Positions 1 through 13,046 of a stretch of DNA of 44,618 bases are shown piece by piece. Source of the stretch: Octopus bimaculoides (taxonomy: Eukaryota); the NCBI RefSeq assembly GCF_001194135.2, contig NC_068981.1, positions 41,962,034 through 42,006,651 on the forward strand, read 5' to 3'. The notes under the pieces were generated by a model that saw nothing but the letters and a program-made list of their open reading frames with translations, ran no database searches and was not told the origin of the DNA. The position numbers and the translations under genes were made by a program. The stretch's first letter is position 1; each line of letters begins with the position of its first letter.

Positions 1-87
1 TATATATATACACACATGCGTATACACACTCGTACACATACAAACAATAAGAAGCGGGAGAGGCAGAGATTGAGAGGGATAGTGCAA

Positions 88-120
<33 letters not shown>

Positions 121-843
121 TGTGTAAGAGAGAGACATAGATATCGAGAGAAGGAAAATGAGAGAGAAAAGGAAGAGAAACTGTGAGACGGAGGTGCAGT
201 GTGAACTATTCTGACTATGAGAAACTGAGTGAATGATGGAGCGAGTAAAGAAGTGAAGGAGAAAGAGAAATTAAGGGTGACAGTGTGTGTGCGTGTGTGA
301 AAGAGAGAGAGAGAGAGAGAGGGTCGAAAGAGACAGAAATAGAGAGAGAGAGAGAGAGAGAGAGAGTGAGAGAGTGTGTGTGTGAGAGAGAGAGAGAGTG
401 TGTGTGTGTTTCCTCAAAGCGAAACACGGATGAAATGAGAGGAGCCGAGCCATTTGTAAACATCTTGACTACGTCTATGTTTCGGAGCTGTTATTTACAA
501 CCAGTCTAGTTTGAACACAAGTGGACAAATGTGTACATACCTGGGTGAAATGATATAATATACAACTGTGTGAAGGTATAACATATACATACATAATATA
601 ACTGTATACATACATAATATAATTATAAACACATTCTCTCTTTCTGTCTATCTCTGTCTCTCTCACATACGCGCGCGTTACATTCATACGCGTGTGTGTT
701 TGTACATACTTGTTTGTACATATCATCGACTCCCCCAAACCATAAACAGTCTCTCTTTCTATCTCTGTATCTATCACACGTACACAAACAAGCAGAAATA
801 CACACGCACTCACACACATATATGTATGTGTGTATGTATATAT

Positions 844-1695
844 NNNNNNNNNNNNNNNNNNNNNNNNNNNNNNNNNNNNNNNNNNNNNNNNNNNNNNNNN
901 NNNNNNNNNNNNNNNNNNNNNNNNNNNNNNNNNNNNNNNNNNNNNNNNNNNNNNNNNNNNNNNNNNNNNNNNNNNNNNNNNNNNNNNNNNNNNNNNNNNN
1001 NNNNNNNNNNNNNNNNNNNNNNNNNNNNNNNNNNNNNNNNNNNNNNNNNNNNNNNNNNNNNNNNNNNNNNNNNNNNNNNNNNNNNNNNNNNNNNNNNNNN
1101 NNNNNNNNNNNNNNNNNNNNNNNNNNNNNNNNNNNNNNNNNNNNNNNNNNNNNNNNNNNNNNNNNNNNNNNNNNNNNNNNNNNNNNNNNNNNNNNNNNNN
1201 NNNNNNNNNNNNNNNNNNNNNNNNNNNNNNNNNNNNNNNNNNNNNNNNNNNNNNNNNNNNNNNNNNNNNNNNNNNNNNNNNNNNNNNNNNNNNNNNNNNN
1301 NNNNNNNNNNNNNNNNNNNNNNNNNNNNNNNNNNNNNNNNNNNNNNNNNNNNNNNNNNNNNNNNNNNNNNNNNNNNNNNNNNNNNNNNNNNNNNNNNNNN
1401 NNNNNNNNNNNNNNNNNNNNNNNNNNNNNNNNNNNNNNNNNNNNNNNNNNNNNNNNNNNNNNNNNNNNNNNNNNNNNNNNNNNNNNNNNNNNNNNNNNNN
1501 NNNNNNNNNNNNNNNNNNNNNNNNNNNNNNNNNNNNNNNNNNNNNNNNNNNNNNNNNNNNNNNNNNNNNNNNNNNNNNNNNNNNNNNNNNNNNNNNNNNN
1601 NNNNNNNNNNNNNNNNNNNNNNNNNNNNNNNNNNNNNNNNNNNNNNNNNNNNNNNNNNNNNNNNNNNNNNNNNNNNNNNNNNNNNNNNNNNNNNN
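844..1695. other. Assembly gap. Other large gaps: ~4664-5373, 26217-27059, 28833-29392, 32088-33021, 35417-35875, 37354-38099. Small gaps: 3544, 8995, 9946, 23980, 40075
   Basis: N runs, mostly bordered by (TA)n, (GA)n or other simple repeats. Confidence 0.99.
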
Positions 1696-1802
1696 ATATA
1701 TATATATGCATATATATACGTATACCTGTATGTGCGTTCATATATTTACATTTATATACATTATATTTTTAGACCAGTCAAGATAGAAGTTAATTGAAAA
1801 CC

Positions 1803-2213
1803 ATGGCTCTAAATCCCTCGTGTGAGGCGGCTGTTGTTGTGGGGCTTGAAACATTTGCGCGTCCTTACTGTAAAATGAAACCGCCGGATATTCCAATTTG
1901 GTTTAACCAGACATTCATTAAGAAGCTACGCAACAGCAGCTGTTGGCAGTTCTATCTAAAGCAGTGCATGCCACCACCTAAGGGACACTTCCAGGAGAAC
2001 CATCATACTACCACTATTACTGTGATCGTATTTGTCTTCCTAATTCTTGGATTAGTGATTCTTTTCTTTGTATTTAATCGACATTGGCGATTTGGCCATA
2101 TCGTATCGAATGTGGTAAGGAAACGATTCAGTCAAAACAAAATGAACAATGAAAAACTTTCCAGACAATCAGCGCAGTGTAGTTACCGAATGGATACTCC
2201 TGAGGGTACGTAG
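1803..2213 (+). CDS. Start-codon-containing exon of an unrecognised single-pass membrane protein (136 aa if unspliced)
   Basis: Acceptor-like TATTTTTAG ends at 1772, with all three frames closed before ATG 1803, which sits in a good Kozak context (AAAACCATGG). The ORF is non-repetitive in a repeat-rich region. It has an N-terminal region with 4 Cys and NQT/NSS sequons, a 20-aa hydrophobic helix (ITVIVFVFLILGLVILFFVF) and basic residues after it (NRHWR...RKR). A possible donor G|GTACGT at 2205/2206 lies just before the TAG stop. Confidence 0.6.
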   Translation: MALNPSCEAAVVVGLETFARPYCKMKPPDIPIWFNQTFIKKLRNSSCWQFYLKQCMPPPKGHFQENHHTTTITVIVFVFLILGLVILFFVFNRHWRFGHIVSNVVRKRFSQNKMNNEKLSRQSAQCSYRMDTPEGT

Positions 2214-2972
2214 ACGCGAAGTTACTCTTTATTCCATTGCTATTAATATTATTATGTGGATAAAAAAGAAGAAAAAAAGAAAGAAAAAAAACAAGAAATA
2301 TAATGAGAGAAAGAGAAAGAGAGTAATATATATATATATCGTCACCGCGACCTTCCACTCACTGGCACATTTGTATTTGTACACTGTCAACAAACACGGC
2401 TGCATTTAAAGTTTTGCACAATATAGAAATACAGATACACACACATATACACGCATATATATATATATATATATATGCATATATATATATATGCATATAT
2501 ATATATGTAAGCCCACATGTGCATACATCTCTGGGTGTATATCTATGTATATATAAATATGTGCGTGTGTGTGTGCTTGTGTATAGTCGATCCTGTTGAT
2601 ATTTTCTATACAAACATTTTATTTTTTTATAAAAAAAGAGAAAAAAACAAACATTTTGTTAATTATGTTGTTATTTGTACTTATTTAAAAAAAAAGACCA
2701 AAAGTTTTCACGTGTTGTTTTTATTTTTATTTTTAAACAAAAACCATTCTTAATAATTTTTTTTGTCTTTGTTTTGATTTCTTTTGTGTTTAATTCATTT
2801 TCTGTTGTTTTTTTTGTCCATTGAAATAATTAGTTCCTTGTTTTCGTCATTGTGCCTTAAGAAGTTGTAGAAGAATGAAGTAAATTTGGTCAAGACATCT
2901 ATCTATCTATCTATCTATGTCCCATCTTCGTTGAGCCCTGTGTGGCTAATAAAAGAAATGTATGTATGTATG

Positions 2973-3037
<65 letters not shown>

Positions 3038-3262
3038 GTCTGTCTGTCTACTTATGTATGTATGTATGTATGCATGTATCTACGTATGCATGAGTCTGCT
3101 TGGCTGTCTGTGTATGTATCTACCGACCGACGTACCTACCTACCTACCTACACACACATACACACACTATTATCAATATAAATACTTACATACATACACA
3201 CACACATCCATCCACCCATCCATCCATCCATCCATCCATCCATGCATACATGCATACATACA

Positions 3263-3293
<31 letters not shown>

Positions 3294-3683
3294 GCTCATT
3301 TCGGTGTTGTATATATTTGTTTGACAAGAAACTTGATCCAAGATCGTAACGTTGAAACAAACAATTACATTGTAGAACGATCATGTTAGCCAGTTGAAAA
3401 CCTGCATACAAACTGATGTACTCGCTTTTGTCTTATTCTCTGGTAGTATGTATTGTAAAAATTATGAAGTGTCAAAATTTCGTCATAAATAAATCTACAA
3501 TATGATCCCTGACGCAATTCCACCCCATAAATATAATGATATTNNNNNNNNNNGCTATATATGTATGCGTGCATGCATAAATGCTTGTATATATGTATAT
3601 ATTCCCGCATATGTATATGTGTGTTCATGCATAACATTGCGTAAGCGAATTTGTATATTTTGATTTCTGTGCGAGTACATATA

Positions 3684-3893
3684 CAGGGTGTCCACAAAGT
3701 CTGGGTACATGGAGTAAATAAAATCATAACATAAAGAATTAAATATAAGAAATAATAATTTCTTAAAGTATGTGTTAATCCCCATGTGGGTACATGAAGT
3801 AAAAAAAAAAATCATAACACAAACAATTAAGTATAAGAAATAATAATTTCTTAAAGTATGTGTTAATCCCCATGTACCCAGACTTTGTGTACA
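3684..3893. mobile_element. Tc1/mariner-type MITE with an internal ~85-bp tandem duplication
   Basis: TA followed by CAGGGTGTCCACAAAGTCTGGGTACATGG. The inverted copy CCATGTACCCAGACTTTGTG is at 3870-3889, with the outermost right-TIR bases missing. The internal unit 3703-3787 is repeated at 3788-3875. Confidence 0.75.
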
Positions 3894-3959
3894 TGTTTGC
3901 ATAGGTCAAACTTCTGGAAAATTTAGCATTTATATATATATATTTGTATATAAAATATA

Positions 3960-4125
<166 letters not shown>

Positions 4126-4571
4126 ATGTACACACGTACGTATGTGTATGTATAAATATATTTTTTTCTTCCCGATTTATTGAAAAAGCAAATGCATAGA
4201 TGGATGCGTATACATCTCCATTCTCTCCTCTCACCGCACCGTTTTCCTCCATCTCTCTCCCCATCTCAGGCGAATGAAAATCAGTCAAAACTTTCAATAA
4301 CAACAAGGTTCCCCTTTCCACATTAAGAGTTCATAATCCCTTATCGTAGCATATGGACTTAACTGTCTGAAAAAGCTTCAAGTCATTTTTTGTCTAGAAA
4401 TATATACTTACCCTCTCATATTCCTACGGTCCCTGTCATTAGACAGAATATAAAGTTTACCTGTATATAAACGCGACTAATTATCGTGATCACCAGACAC
4501 CCTTACTCCTCTATTCAAAATATGCAACACTCAATACGTATTAATGAAAGGGTGTATGCGAATGTGTGTGC

Positions 4572-4604
<33 letters not shown>

Positions 4605-5380
4605 AACACACAGGCATTACAATCATGCTTGTATGTTTAAATACAGACATATATATATATATANNNNNNNNNNNNNNNNNNNNNNNNNNNNNNNNNNNNN
4701 NNNNNNNNNNNNNNNNNNNNNNNNNNNNNNNNNNNNNNNNNNNNNNNNNNNNNNNNNNNNNNNNNNNNNNNNNNNNNNNNNNNNNNNNNNNNNNNNNNNN
4801 NNNNNNNNNNNNNNNNNNNNNNNNNNNNNNNNNNNNNNNNNNNNNNNNNNNNNNNNNNNNNNNNNNNNNNNNNNNNNNNNNNNNNNNNNNNNNNNNNNNN
4901 NNNNNNNNNNNNNNNNNNNNNNNNNNNNNNNNNNNNNNNNNNNNNNNNNNNNNNNNNNNNNNNNNNNNNNNNNNNNNNNNNNNNNNNNNNNNNNNNNNNN
5001 NNNNNNNNNNNNNNNNNNNNNNNNNNNNNNNNNNNNNNNNNNNNNNNNNNNNNNNNNNNNNNNNNNNNNNNNNNNNNNNNNNNNNNNNNNNNNNNNNNNN
5101 NNNNNNNNNNNNNNNNNNNNNNNNNNNNNNNNNNNNNNNNNNNNNNNNNNNNNNNNNNNNNNNNNNNNNNNNNNNNNNNNNNNNNNNNNNNNNNNNNNNN
5201 NNNNNNNNNNNNNNNNNNNNNNNNNNNNNNNNNNNNNNNNNNNNNNNNNNNNNNNNNNNNNNNNNNNNNNNNNNNNNNNNNNNNNNNNNNNNNNNNNNNN
5301 NNNNNNNNNNNNNNNNNNNNNNNNNNNNNNNNNNNNNNNNNNNNNNNNNNNNNNNNNNNNNNNNNNNNNNNNNTATTTAT

Positions 5381-5439
<59 letters not shown>

Positions 5440-6152
5440 CACTTATACAGTCATAGAGAGCCATTATAATCATGCTTACATGCTCACAAATGTATAATGT
5501 TTATATATATAATTACACAAACGCACACACACACTTATATATGCATATATATAAAACTTATATATGCATATATATACTTACAATATATTATGTCTTTATA
5601 CGTATATGTATATAATGTTATGACTAAATATATCTACACACACGCTCGCGCGTATGTATTTCTTTATTTTTTTATACGTTTCAGCTTGAAGACTGTGGCA
5701 ATGTTGGGGCACTGCTAGTGTATACCCATATATACAAAAGTATGTCTATACACATACACACACACACTTACATATATATGTCTTCCTATACAAACATATA
5801 GAAATGCATGTATACAAATGTATAATGTTTATATGTATAAATACACACAGACACACATATATTCACACATATAAACATAAACGGATGGTATAATAATGCT
5901 TATATGTTTAAACATATGTATGTTTATATATAAACACGCGCACATTACCACATTATACATACACACTCACACACACATTACCATATTATACATACACACT
6001 CACACACACATATATGCATATATATGTATACATATATACATATATATATGTATACATACATACATGTATCTACACATTTATAAGAAAGTCTATAAACATA
6101 CACACACATACATATATATGTCTATACAAACATATATATGTAAAGAATTATA

Positions 6153-6194
<42 letters not shown>

Positions 6195-6325
6195 ACATAT
6201 ATATATATCCATATAAAGTAGCTGATTTTCACTACTATATATATATACTTACACACATGCACATTTATATGCATACATGTTTGTATGTATGTGTGTATAA
6301 ATATATGTGTGTGTGTTTACGTATC

Positions 6326-6375
<50 letters not shown>

Positions 6376-6942
6376 GATGCCATATTTATATCTATGGATG
6401 TGTATACATATATACATGTATATGCTTATGTACCTCTATTTATGTGGATGAATGAATAAATGCCAGCGGTCTACAATCTTGGTATAAACACAATAATACC
6501 AGCCTTCGCGCAGCCAAATTACACATTTTATACAGACGCACAGACATCTCTATGCGTAAGTGTGTGTGCATGTATGGGTGCGTGCGCGTTTGTGTGTGTC
6601 TGCATGCGTGTGAATGTGTGTGCACTGACGCATACATATATATATCTGTCGAAACCTGGACTGAATAAAATAGCGCACGTGAGATTTACCGGTATACAAA
6701 ACCATTCTCAACAACAATAACAACAACAACGACGACGACGACGAAAGATTAGAAACTTCTTTGTCAATGATTATAAAGCGAGGTGTCAACCAATGTAATA
6801 ACTATCAAGCGACGTGAAAATAAGGTTTAAACAGAGTTGTATGGAGTGGGATGAGAGAAATAAGTAGACAGCGAATGACGCCTGCAACTGAGATCTGATT
6901 CAACAACTGGGCTGTTGATAGTCTCATAGTACTTAATGTGGT

Positions 6943-7064
6943 TCATGAATGTTTAGAAGACATAAGTGTCACGTCATCCAGGTTACTCCTCTTCCTTAAA
7001 ACATAGTAATCTGTGTCACAAACAGGAAGATACATTGGACAATATGGTCCTAAATATATTATAT
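6943..7064 (-). CDS. Candidate terminal exon (phase 1): IIYLGPYCPMYLPVCDTDYYVLRKRSNLDDVTLMSSKHS*
   Basis: Strong acceptor CTATCTTTACTTTCAG|AT on the minus strand, then 39 open codons to TGA. No homology recognised. Confidence 0.25.
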
Positions 7065-8024
7065 CTGAAAGTAAAGATAGAACGGTCCTGACTTGAATAG
7101 TTTTGGTCATAGGAGTGACTTCGAGCTAAGTAATAAACACGAGAGTAGCAACACAACGCTTCTCAGTTGTTTGAACAAAAACATATATAAAAATCAAAGC
7201 AAAAAGACAATGCACTTTTTGTTTGTTATAAGTCTTCTGGAATGAATGTAAACTGCCATCAGGTGGAGATTACAGCTCACTTTCTAACTCAGTTGAGGTT
7301 CTTTTCTGCCTCTTTTTTGTGCAACTCAATCACAAAAGAAACTAACATAAGATGTGCACTCATTAACATTGGCCTTCAATGTTTTTTTCTTATTGTGTTT
7401 GATATATTATGTTTATGTCGCTTCTTCAATTGTTCTACAAATATTGAGTAGTCAGCATTTTATTGCAGTTGTTAAAATGAGAAGTGATATACGGTTTGTT
7501 GTAGCAAGCTAGTAGATTACAGATTAACATACAGCAAATCAAAAGCGCTTTACAAACCTGCAAACTACAACACTTGCACTGCAGAAATAGAATATCTAGC
7601 GTGTCTCGTCAGGAGCTTATCTTTACTAAACGGCATTCACTGTTACATATGAAATAATGATTTCTGTAACAAACTTGATGATAATTAAAGGAAGTCTCAG
7701 CATTAATATAATTTGACCGTGGACATAAATACATATTCTATATAGAGTGAAGCAACTGGTGTAGCAATCTATTGCCAACATCAAAGTATCCTCTCACTCC
7801 ATTAAATTCTAAAAATGGTTTATTTTTACCTATCACACTTCCTATCTCACAACTAGACAGTAGTACAGAGTATAGTATTTTCCTTGTTCAAGCCTTTCTT
7901 AAGACTGTATTTGTTTTGCCCTAAGATCAAATACGTCCTTGTAGTGACCATTTTCCTTTGGTATATTTTTACCCCGGTTTATATTGTCTAATATGTCTTT
8001 TGTCTAGATAGTTAAGTGTGATTT

Positions 8025-8090
8025 TAAGGGAGATATTGATGCTATTTCGAGCAGGTCGGCCAACAATGTGGGAGCTCCCTTTTTTTGATT
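8025..8090. repeat. Short dispersed repeat, copy 1
   Basis: GTGTGATT..GGGAGAT...GCTATTTC.AGCAGGTCG...CTCCCT aligns by eye with 8318-8392 and 22790-22845. Confidence 0.55.
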
Positions 8091-8317
8091 CGAGTATTTC
8101 CCATGAATATTTATTAACTGCGTAAATCAAACTGAACTCGATGTGAACTTGCGTCGACGTCTCAGTTTCACTTCTATTTTAAAGCTTCCAAGGAACATAT
8201 GCACTTTTGTTGTTTAAACTCTAATCAATCAAAAGCGTTCTAACCATAACTATCTTGTCTTGATTTTTCAGGTATAATGTCTCAAGATCATCACCAGCCA
8301 ATCTTTTGAAACCTATA

Positions 8318-8392
8318 AGGTGTGATTCGAGAGAAATTTTGTAGCGATTTCTAACAGGTTGAGTGACCACATAAAAACCCCTCTAATTGTCT
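8318..8392. repeat. Short dispersed repeat, copy 2
   Basis: GGTGTGATTCGAGAGAAATTTTGTAGCGATTTCTAACAGGTTGAGTGACCACATA, similar to 8025-8090 and 22790-22845. Confidence 0.55.
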
Positions 8393-8808
8393 CGAATGGC
8401 ATTTTAAACAATCAGAAGTAATAAGTAGTGTTAAAAAGTACTGTATTTTGGAAAGGTATATTATATAGTTACAACCTTAGGATGAAACAAGTTCATTATC
8501 TTTTTTTGTATGGTAACTGTTTAAAGAGATACGTACATGAGTGCTGTAAATTCCTGTTTCTTCTTTCCTAATCTAGAAAGCCTTTATGACCAGCGCAGAA
8601 CAACAATATCTTAAGTGCTGTCATGGAGTAGAATGGACTCTGTAATCCGGTTTCAGTTTTTGGTTTTCAGCTTTGTTAATATAGATCTATTGGATCTGGG
8701 ATGATCTGAGTAGAAACAACCACCACCACCACCACCACCACCCTTGAAATCCCTTGTCAATATATATTTTACCACGTGTGTGCATAGGTAGATACATTAT
8801 ACATAATC

Positions 8809-9190
8809 CATCATCATCATCATCATCATCGTTTAACGTCCGCTTTCCATGCTAGCATGGGTTGGACGATTTGACTGAGGACTGGTGAAACCGGATGGCA
8901 ACACCAGGCTCCAGTCTGATTTGGCAGAGTTTCTACAGCTGGATGCCCTTCCTAACGCCAACCACTCAGAGAGTGTAGTGGGTGCTTTTACGTGNNNNNN
9001 NNNNGCAGAGTTTCTACAGCTGGATGCCCTTCCTAACGCCAACCACTCAGAGAGTGTAGTGGGTGCTTTTACGTGTCACCCGCACGAAAACGGCCACGCT
9101 CGAAATGGTGTCTTTTATATGCCACCCGCACAAGCCAGTCCAGGGGCACTGGCAACGATCTCGCTCGAAAATCCTACAGGAGCCAGTCAG
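8809..9190 (-). mobile_element. SINE-like retroposon with a (GAT)n 3' tail
   Basis: The minus strand reads ...GGTTGGCGTTAGGAAGGGCATCCAGCTGTAGAAA...CATGGAAAGCGGACGTTAAAC(GAT)n. A GC-richer body ending in a short tandem tail is typical of SINE/LINE 3' ends. I recall it as an abundant Octopus repeat. It is interrupted by a 10-N gap. Confidence 0.7.
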
Positions 9191-9254
9191 GCTCTACATA
9201 CATATATGCCTGAATACACATATAAGCAGTTAAATACAAATTTATAATATATAA

Positions 9255-9375
9255 TACACACGCACATACGTACATACACACACACATACGTACATACACA
9301 CACGCATACGTACATACACACACACACATACGTACATACACACACACACATACGTACATACACACACACACACTC
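9255..9375. repeat. Minisatellite (CA)n-CATACGTACATA, about 5 units
   Basis: Direct reading of repeated CATACGTACATACACACA units. Confidence 0.9.
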
Positions 9376-9534
9376 TCTCTCTCTCACATACACCTATGAA
9401 AAATTATGATAACGATGCAATTTATATGATTTGTTTTCTTCGTACGTTTCACCATTATGGTTATTTGCAACTGCTGCATTCAAGGTGCCAAGTGCAAATG
9501 GTTGCTGAACCACAACAAATTAATAGGTAACCAT

Positions 9535-9574
<40 letters not shown>

Positions 9575-9698
9575 TCATTTCTCATGCTACTTGTATATCT
9601 ATATATGAATGTATATGTTTGTCTGTCTGTGGAAGTATGCTTGTATATTAAATATATATACACCCACACATACATCTCTGTCTGTCTGCCTGTCTGCC

Positions 9699-9733
<35 letters not shown>

Positions 9734-9762
9734 GTCTGTGTCTCTGTCTGTGTCTCTGTCTC

Positions 9763-9838
<76 letters not shown>

Positions 9839-9840
9839 CT

Positions 9841-9945
9841 TCTACTTGTTTTAGTCATTTGAGTAGGGCCCTGTTGGAGCACTGTCTTTAGCCGAACAAA
9901 TCAACCCCAGGACTTGTTCTTTGTAAGTCTAGAACTTATTCTATC
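9841..9945 (-). mobile_element. SINE 3' fragment (same family as 26061-26216 and 29393-29705)
   Basis: CTACTTGTTTTAGTCATTTG...GGAGCAC...AGGACTT.TTCTTTGTAAG.CTAG.ACTTATTCTATC aligns closely with 26073-26175. It runs into an N gap. Confidence 0.8.
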
Positions 9946-10283
9946 NNNNNNNNNNNNNNNNNNNNNNNNNNNNNNNNNNNNNNNNNNNNNTATATATATA
10001 TATATATAAATATATATATATATATTTATATATATATATATAGTATACTGTTCCATGGAGGTAAGATCAACAAAAAAAGTACTCCATTTGATGCGAGATG
10101 GACCACAGCCATGTGAGCACAGCACGAAGATTGCATGAAGGCACCAGACGTGTTATAAAATACTCTGTCAAATACTGCATGAAACTAATGGTAGCTCATA
10201 GTAATATATTCTCTATTCATTAAACAATATGTATGCATGTACGTACGTATCTACCTACCTACCTATCTATGTATGTATGTGTG

Positions 10284-10351
<68 letters not shown>

Positions 10352-10784
10352 CATACTTACACACATCACATGCGCACGCACAAACACATATATAAGTTTA
10401 TATGTGTCTGTATGTAGAGAAGGGCTGAGAAGTGTAAAGATTGATTGAATAGCCTCAGCTGATGCTAATGCACACACATGCACATACACACACAACCACT
10501 GGTGCACGTACATGCGTACACAAGGACATATTAATAAAAAAGGAAGTAGTCAGAAGTTGTTCAATGGTGTTCATTATTTATTAAATTTTCTAGTGCTTTT
10601 GTGTTTCATAGAACTATTCAAAAATTGTAGATTACTGTTTATGAGAATGTGTAAAGAAATTTCAGGTGTTTATTGAAGAATATCAGAAATTTAAATATTC
10701 TTAATAATGTCGTTTACTTGAATCTTTAGATTGGATAAAGAATGCGTGAACTTTGGGAGTGGTAAGTTTTAAATGTGTGTATGC

Positions 10785-10833
<49 letters not shown>

Positions 10834-11039
10834 CGCGCGCGCATGTGGTGATTCTTTAAACAGAGAACAAATGAGCCTAACAAAATATTTTAAGTAAGAA
10901 ATAAACAATATTTCACCAACTTCTGACAACTCTCTTTTTTATTGACACATACACTCTGTACAGCAGAAGGTATACACTATGTATGTACATTCATTCTATG
11001 CATACATGTATATGCATATATACATATATACATATATAC

Positions 11040-11112
<73 letters not shown>

Positions 11113-11289
11113 AGGTCAATTCCAGTATTTTATTTATTGACCTCGGAACGCGAAAATGCGAACAATTTTCTCACGATATTTGTCGGACACTCCCGATCGA
11201 CTATCCTTATTTATCCTTTCTTATTGAAAATAATTCTTGTCTGCTCGGATTTCCGATAGTAAACGCTGATATCTGCTTCAATCCTTCAC

Positions 11290-11340
11290 CAATCATACAC
11301 AGTTCCGGGTTACAACATTCATAGTTGTTTTTAATCAGTC
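11290..11340 (-). CDS. Candidate symmetric phase-1 exon (G)LIKNNYECCNPELCMI; could instead read on to a stop at 11207
   Basis: Acceptor TTTACTGCAG|GA and possible donor G|GTGAAG give 51 nt. If the donor is not used, the frame continues GEGLKQISAFTIGNPSRQELFSIRKDK*, followed by AATAAA downstream. Confidence 0.22.
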
Positions 11341-12198
11341 CTGCAGTAAACGATACTGTTTATATCAAATTTCAAAAGCCTTCCTTAAAATCTCACTTCT
11401 ATTTAAATTTTCGAATAAGTAAAATTAGTATTTTTTTTAAAGAAGCGCCATTGCAAATGTTTAATATATATTCCAGGTAATTTTAATCAGTGCTATAATG
11501 AAAATGACATACACCCAGCTGACTCCCGGATAACGAAACGTATATGATTTTTACAGGTATATATTTCTCAGTATACCGTTCAAATATATTTAATCGTAAT
11601 CACTATATTTTTTATTAAGTCATATACAATGGTAACACTCTTTCTTGAAGATAGCGCGTTAGCGCTAGTATGCATTAACGTATGTGTGTGTATGTGTGTA
11701 TGTGTGTGTATGAAGGTGTGTGTGTGTGCTTGTTTGTCTGTGTATATACACACTCATATACAAACACACACACACATTGCGTATTTATATAATTGCTGTG
11801 TATAAGCGTGTAAGTAATTTACAATCAGGTTTCAAGGAGAGAAAAAAATATTTATGCACACTAAGAGAAGCATCACACTCCTGTGTCTGCCGAGAGGGCT
11901 GTTCCTGAGTGTAATAGTGTAATACAATTTATCTGTCAAAATATACATATCAATTCCTAACATACATACATCATACATAAACAGATGTTCACTATGCCCA
12001 TATGAAATTTTAGATACACGTACATACACTAACTTACAACCCACCATGTGTAATATACACATTTTGAATTATTATAAACACAAATGTCTGCTTATTCAAC
12101 GATGCTGTATATACAGCTTTTCTAAACATGAACACAGCGTCTGCATCTGTTCAAATATACTTAGCCGCATAGTTCTCTCTCTTTCCTCATATAGCCAC

Positions 12199-12263
<65 letters not shown>

Positions 12264-12988
12264 AATTTATATGTATGTATGTATGTATGTATGTATATAT
12301 GGTCTATATAATAGAAAAGTTTATATACATATATATGCAATCACAGACATACACATGCTGAGTTTATATATCTAAATACTTTTAATCTATCCACACATAT
12401 ACACATGCACACATGGACACTCTCCCCTCTTTACGTATACGTTCACATAAACGCTGTGTCTACATATTTCAAAATGAAGTAGTCTTTAAGCTGCCGCTCA
12501 ACTCAAGGAATAGCAAGCCCAGACTCTCTTCAAAAAGAAATGACACAGAACACAGACATATTAGCATTGTAATCTATAAATTGTCAAAAACAAAAGAGAA
12601 AAATAAAGGCAGTATAGTCATGGCGAGCGCGCTTTGATAATAAATCTGTAAAGTGAAGGCTGATCCGGGGTTACAAACATCAACTTATAGAAAATAGATG
12701 TCTACATATACAAAACACAGACACACACAGACACACACGGACACACACACAGACACACAGACACACAGACACACGCACGCGCATGCAGACACACACACAC
12801 ACACACACACACACACAAGCACACACACACACAGAGCATATAGGGGAAAACCTACAACGCTTCATTGCTTGCATATAGAAAAATGTTTTTATTTACACAC
12901 GCACATATAGAATGTCTACATAAAAAATGCTTCTGCATACTTGCTTACGTATACACAACTATATTGTCCTCAAATAGAAAAATCCACC

Positions 12989-13046
<58 letters not shown>

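Noticed and set aside
11290-11325. ECCNPELC resembling alpha-conotoxin GI (ECCNPAC) or the nAChR loop C (YECC)
   Set aside because: The match is too short to imply homology, and the remaining motif residues are absent.
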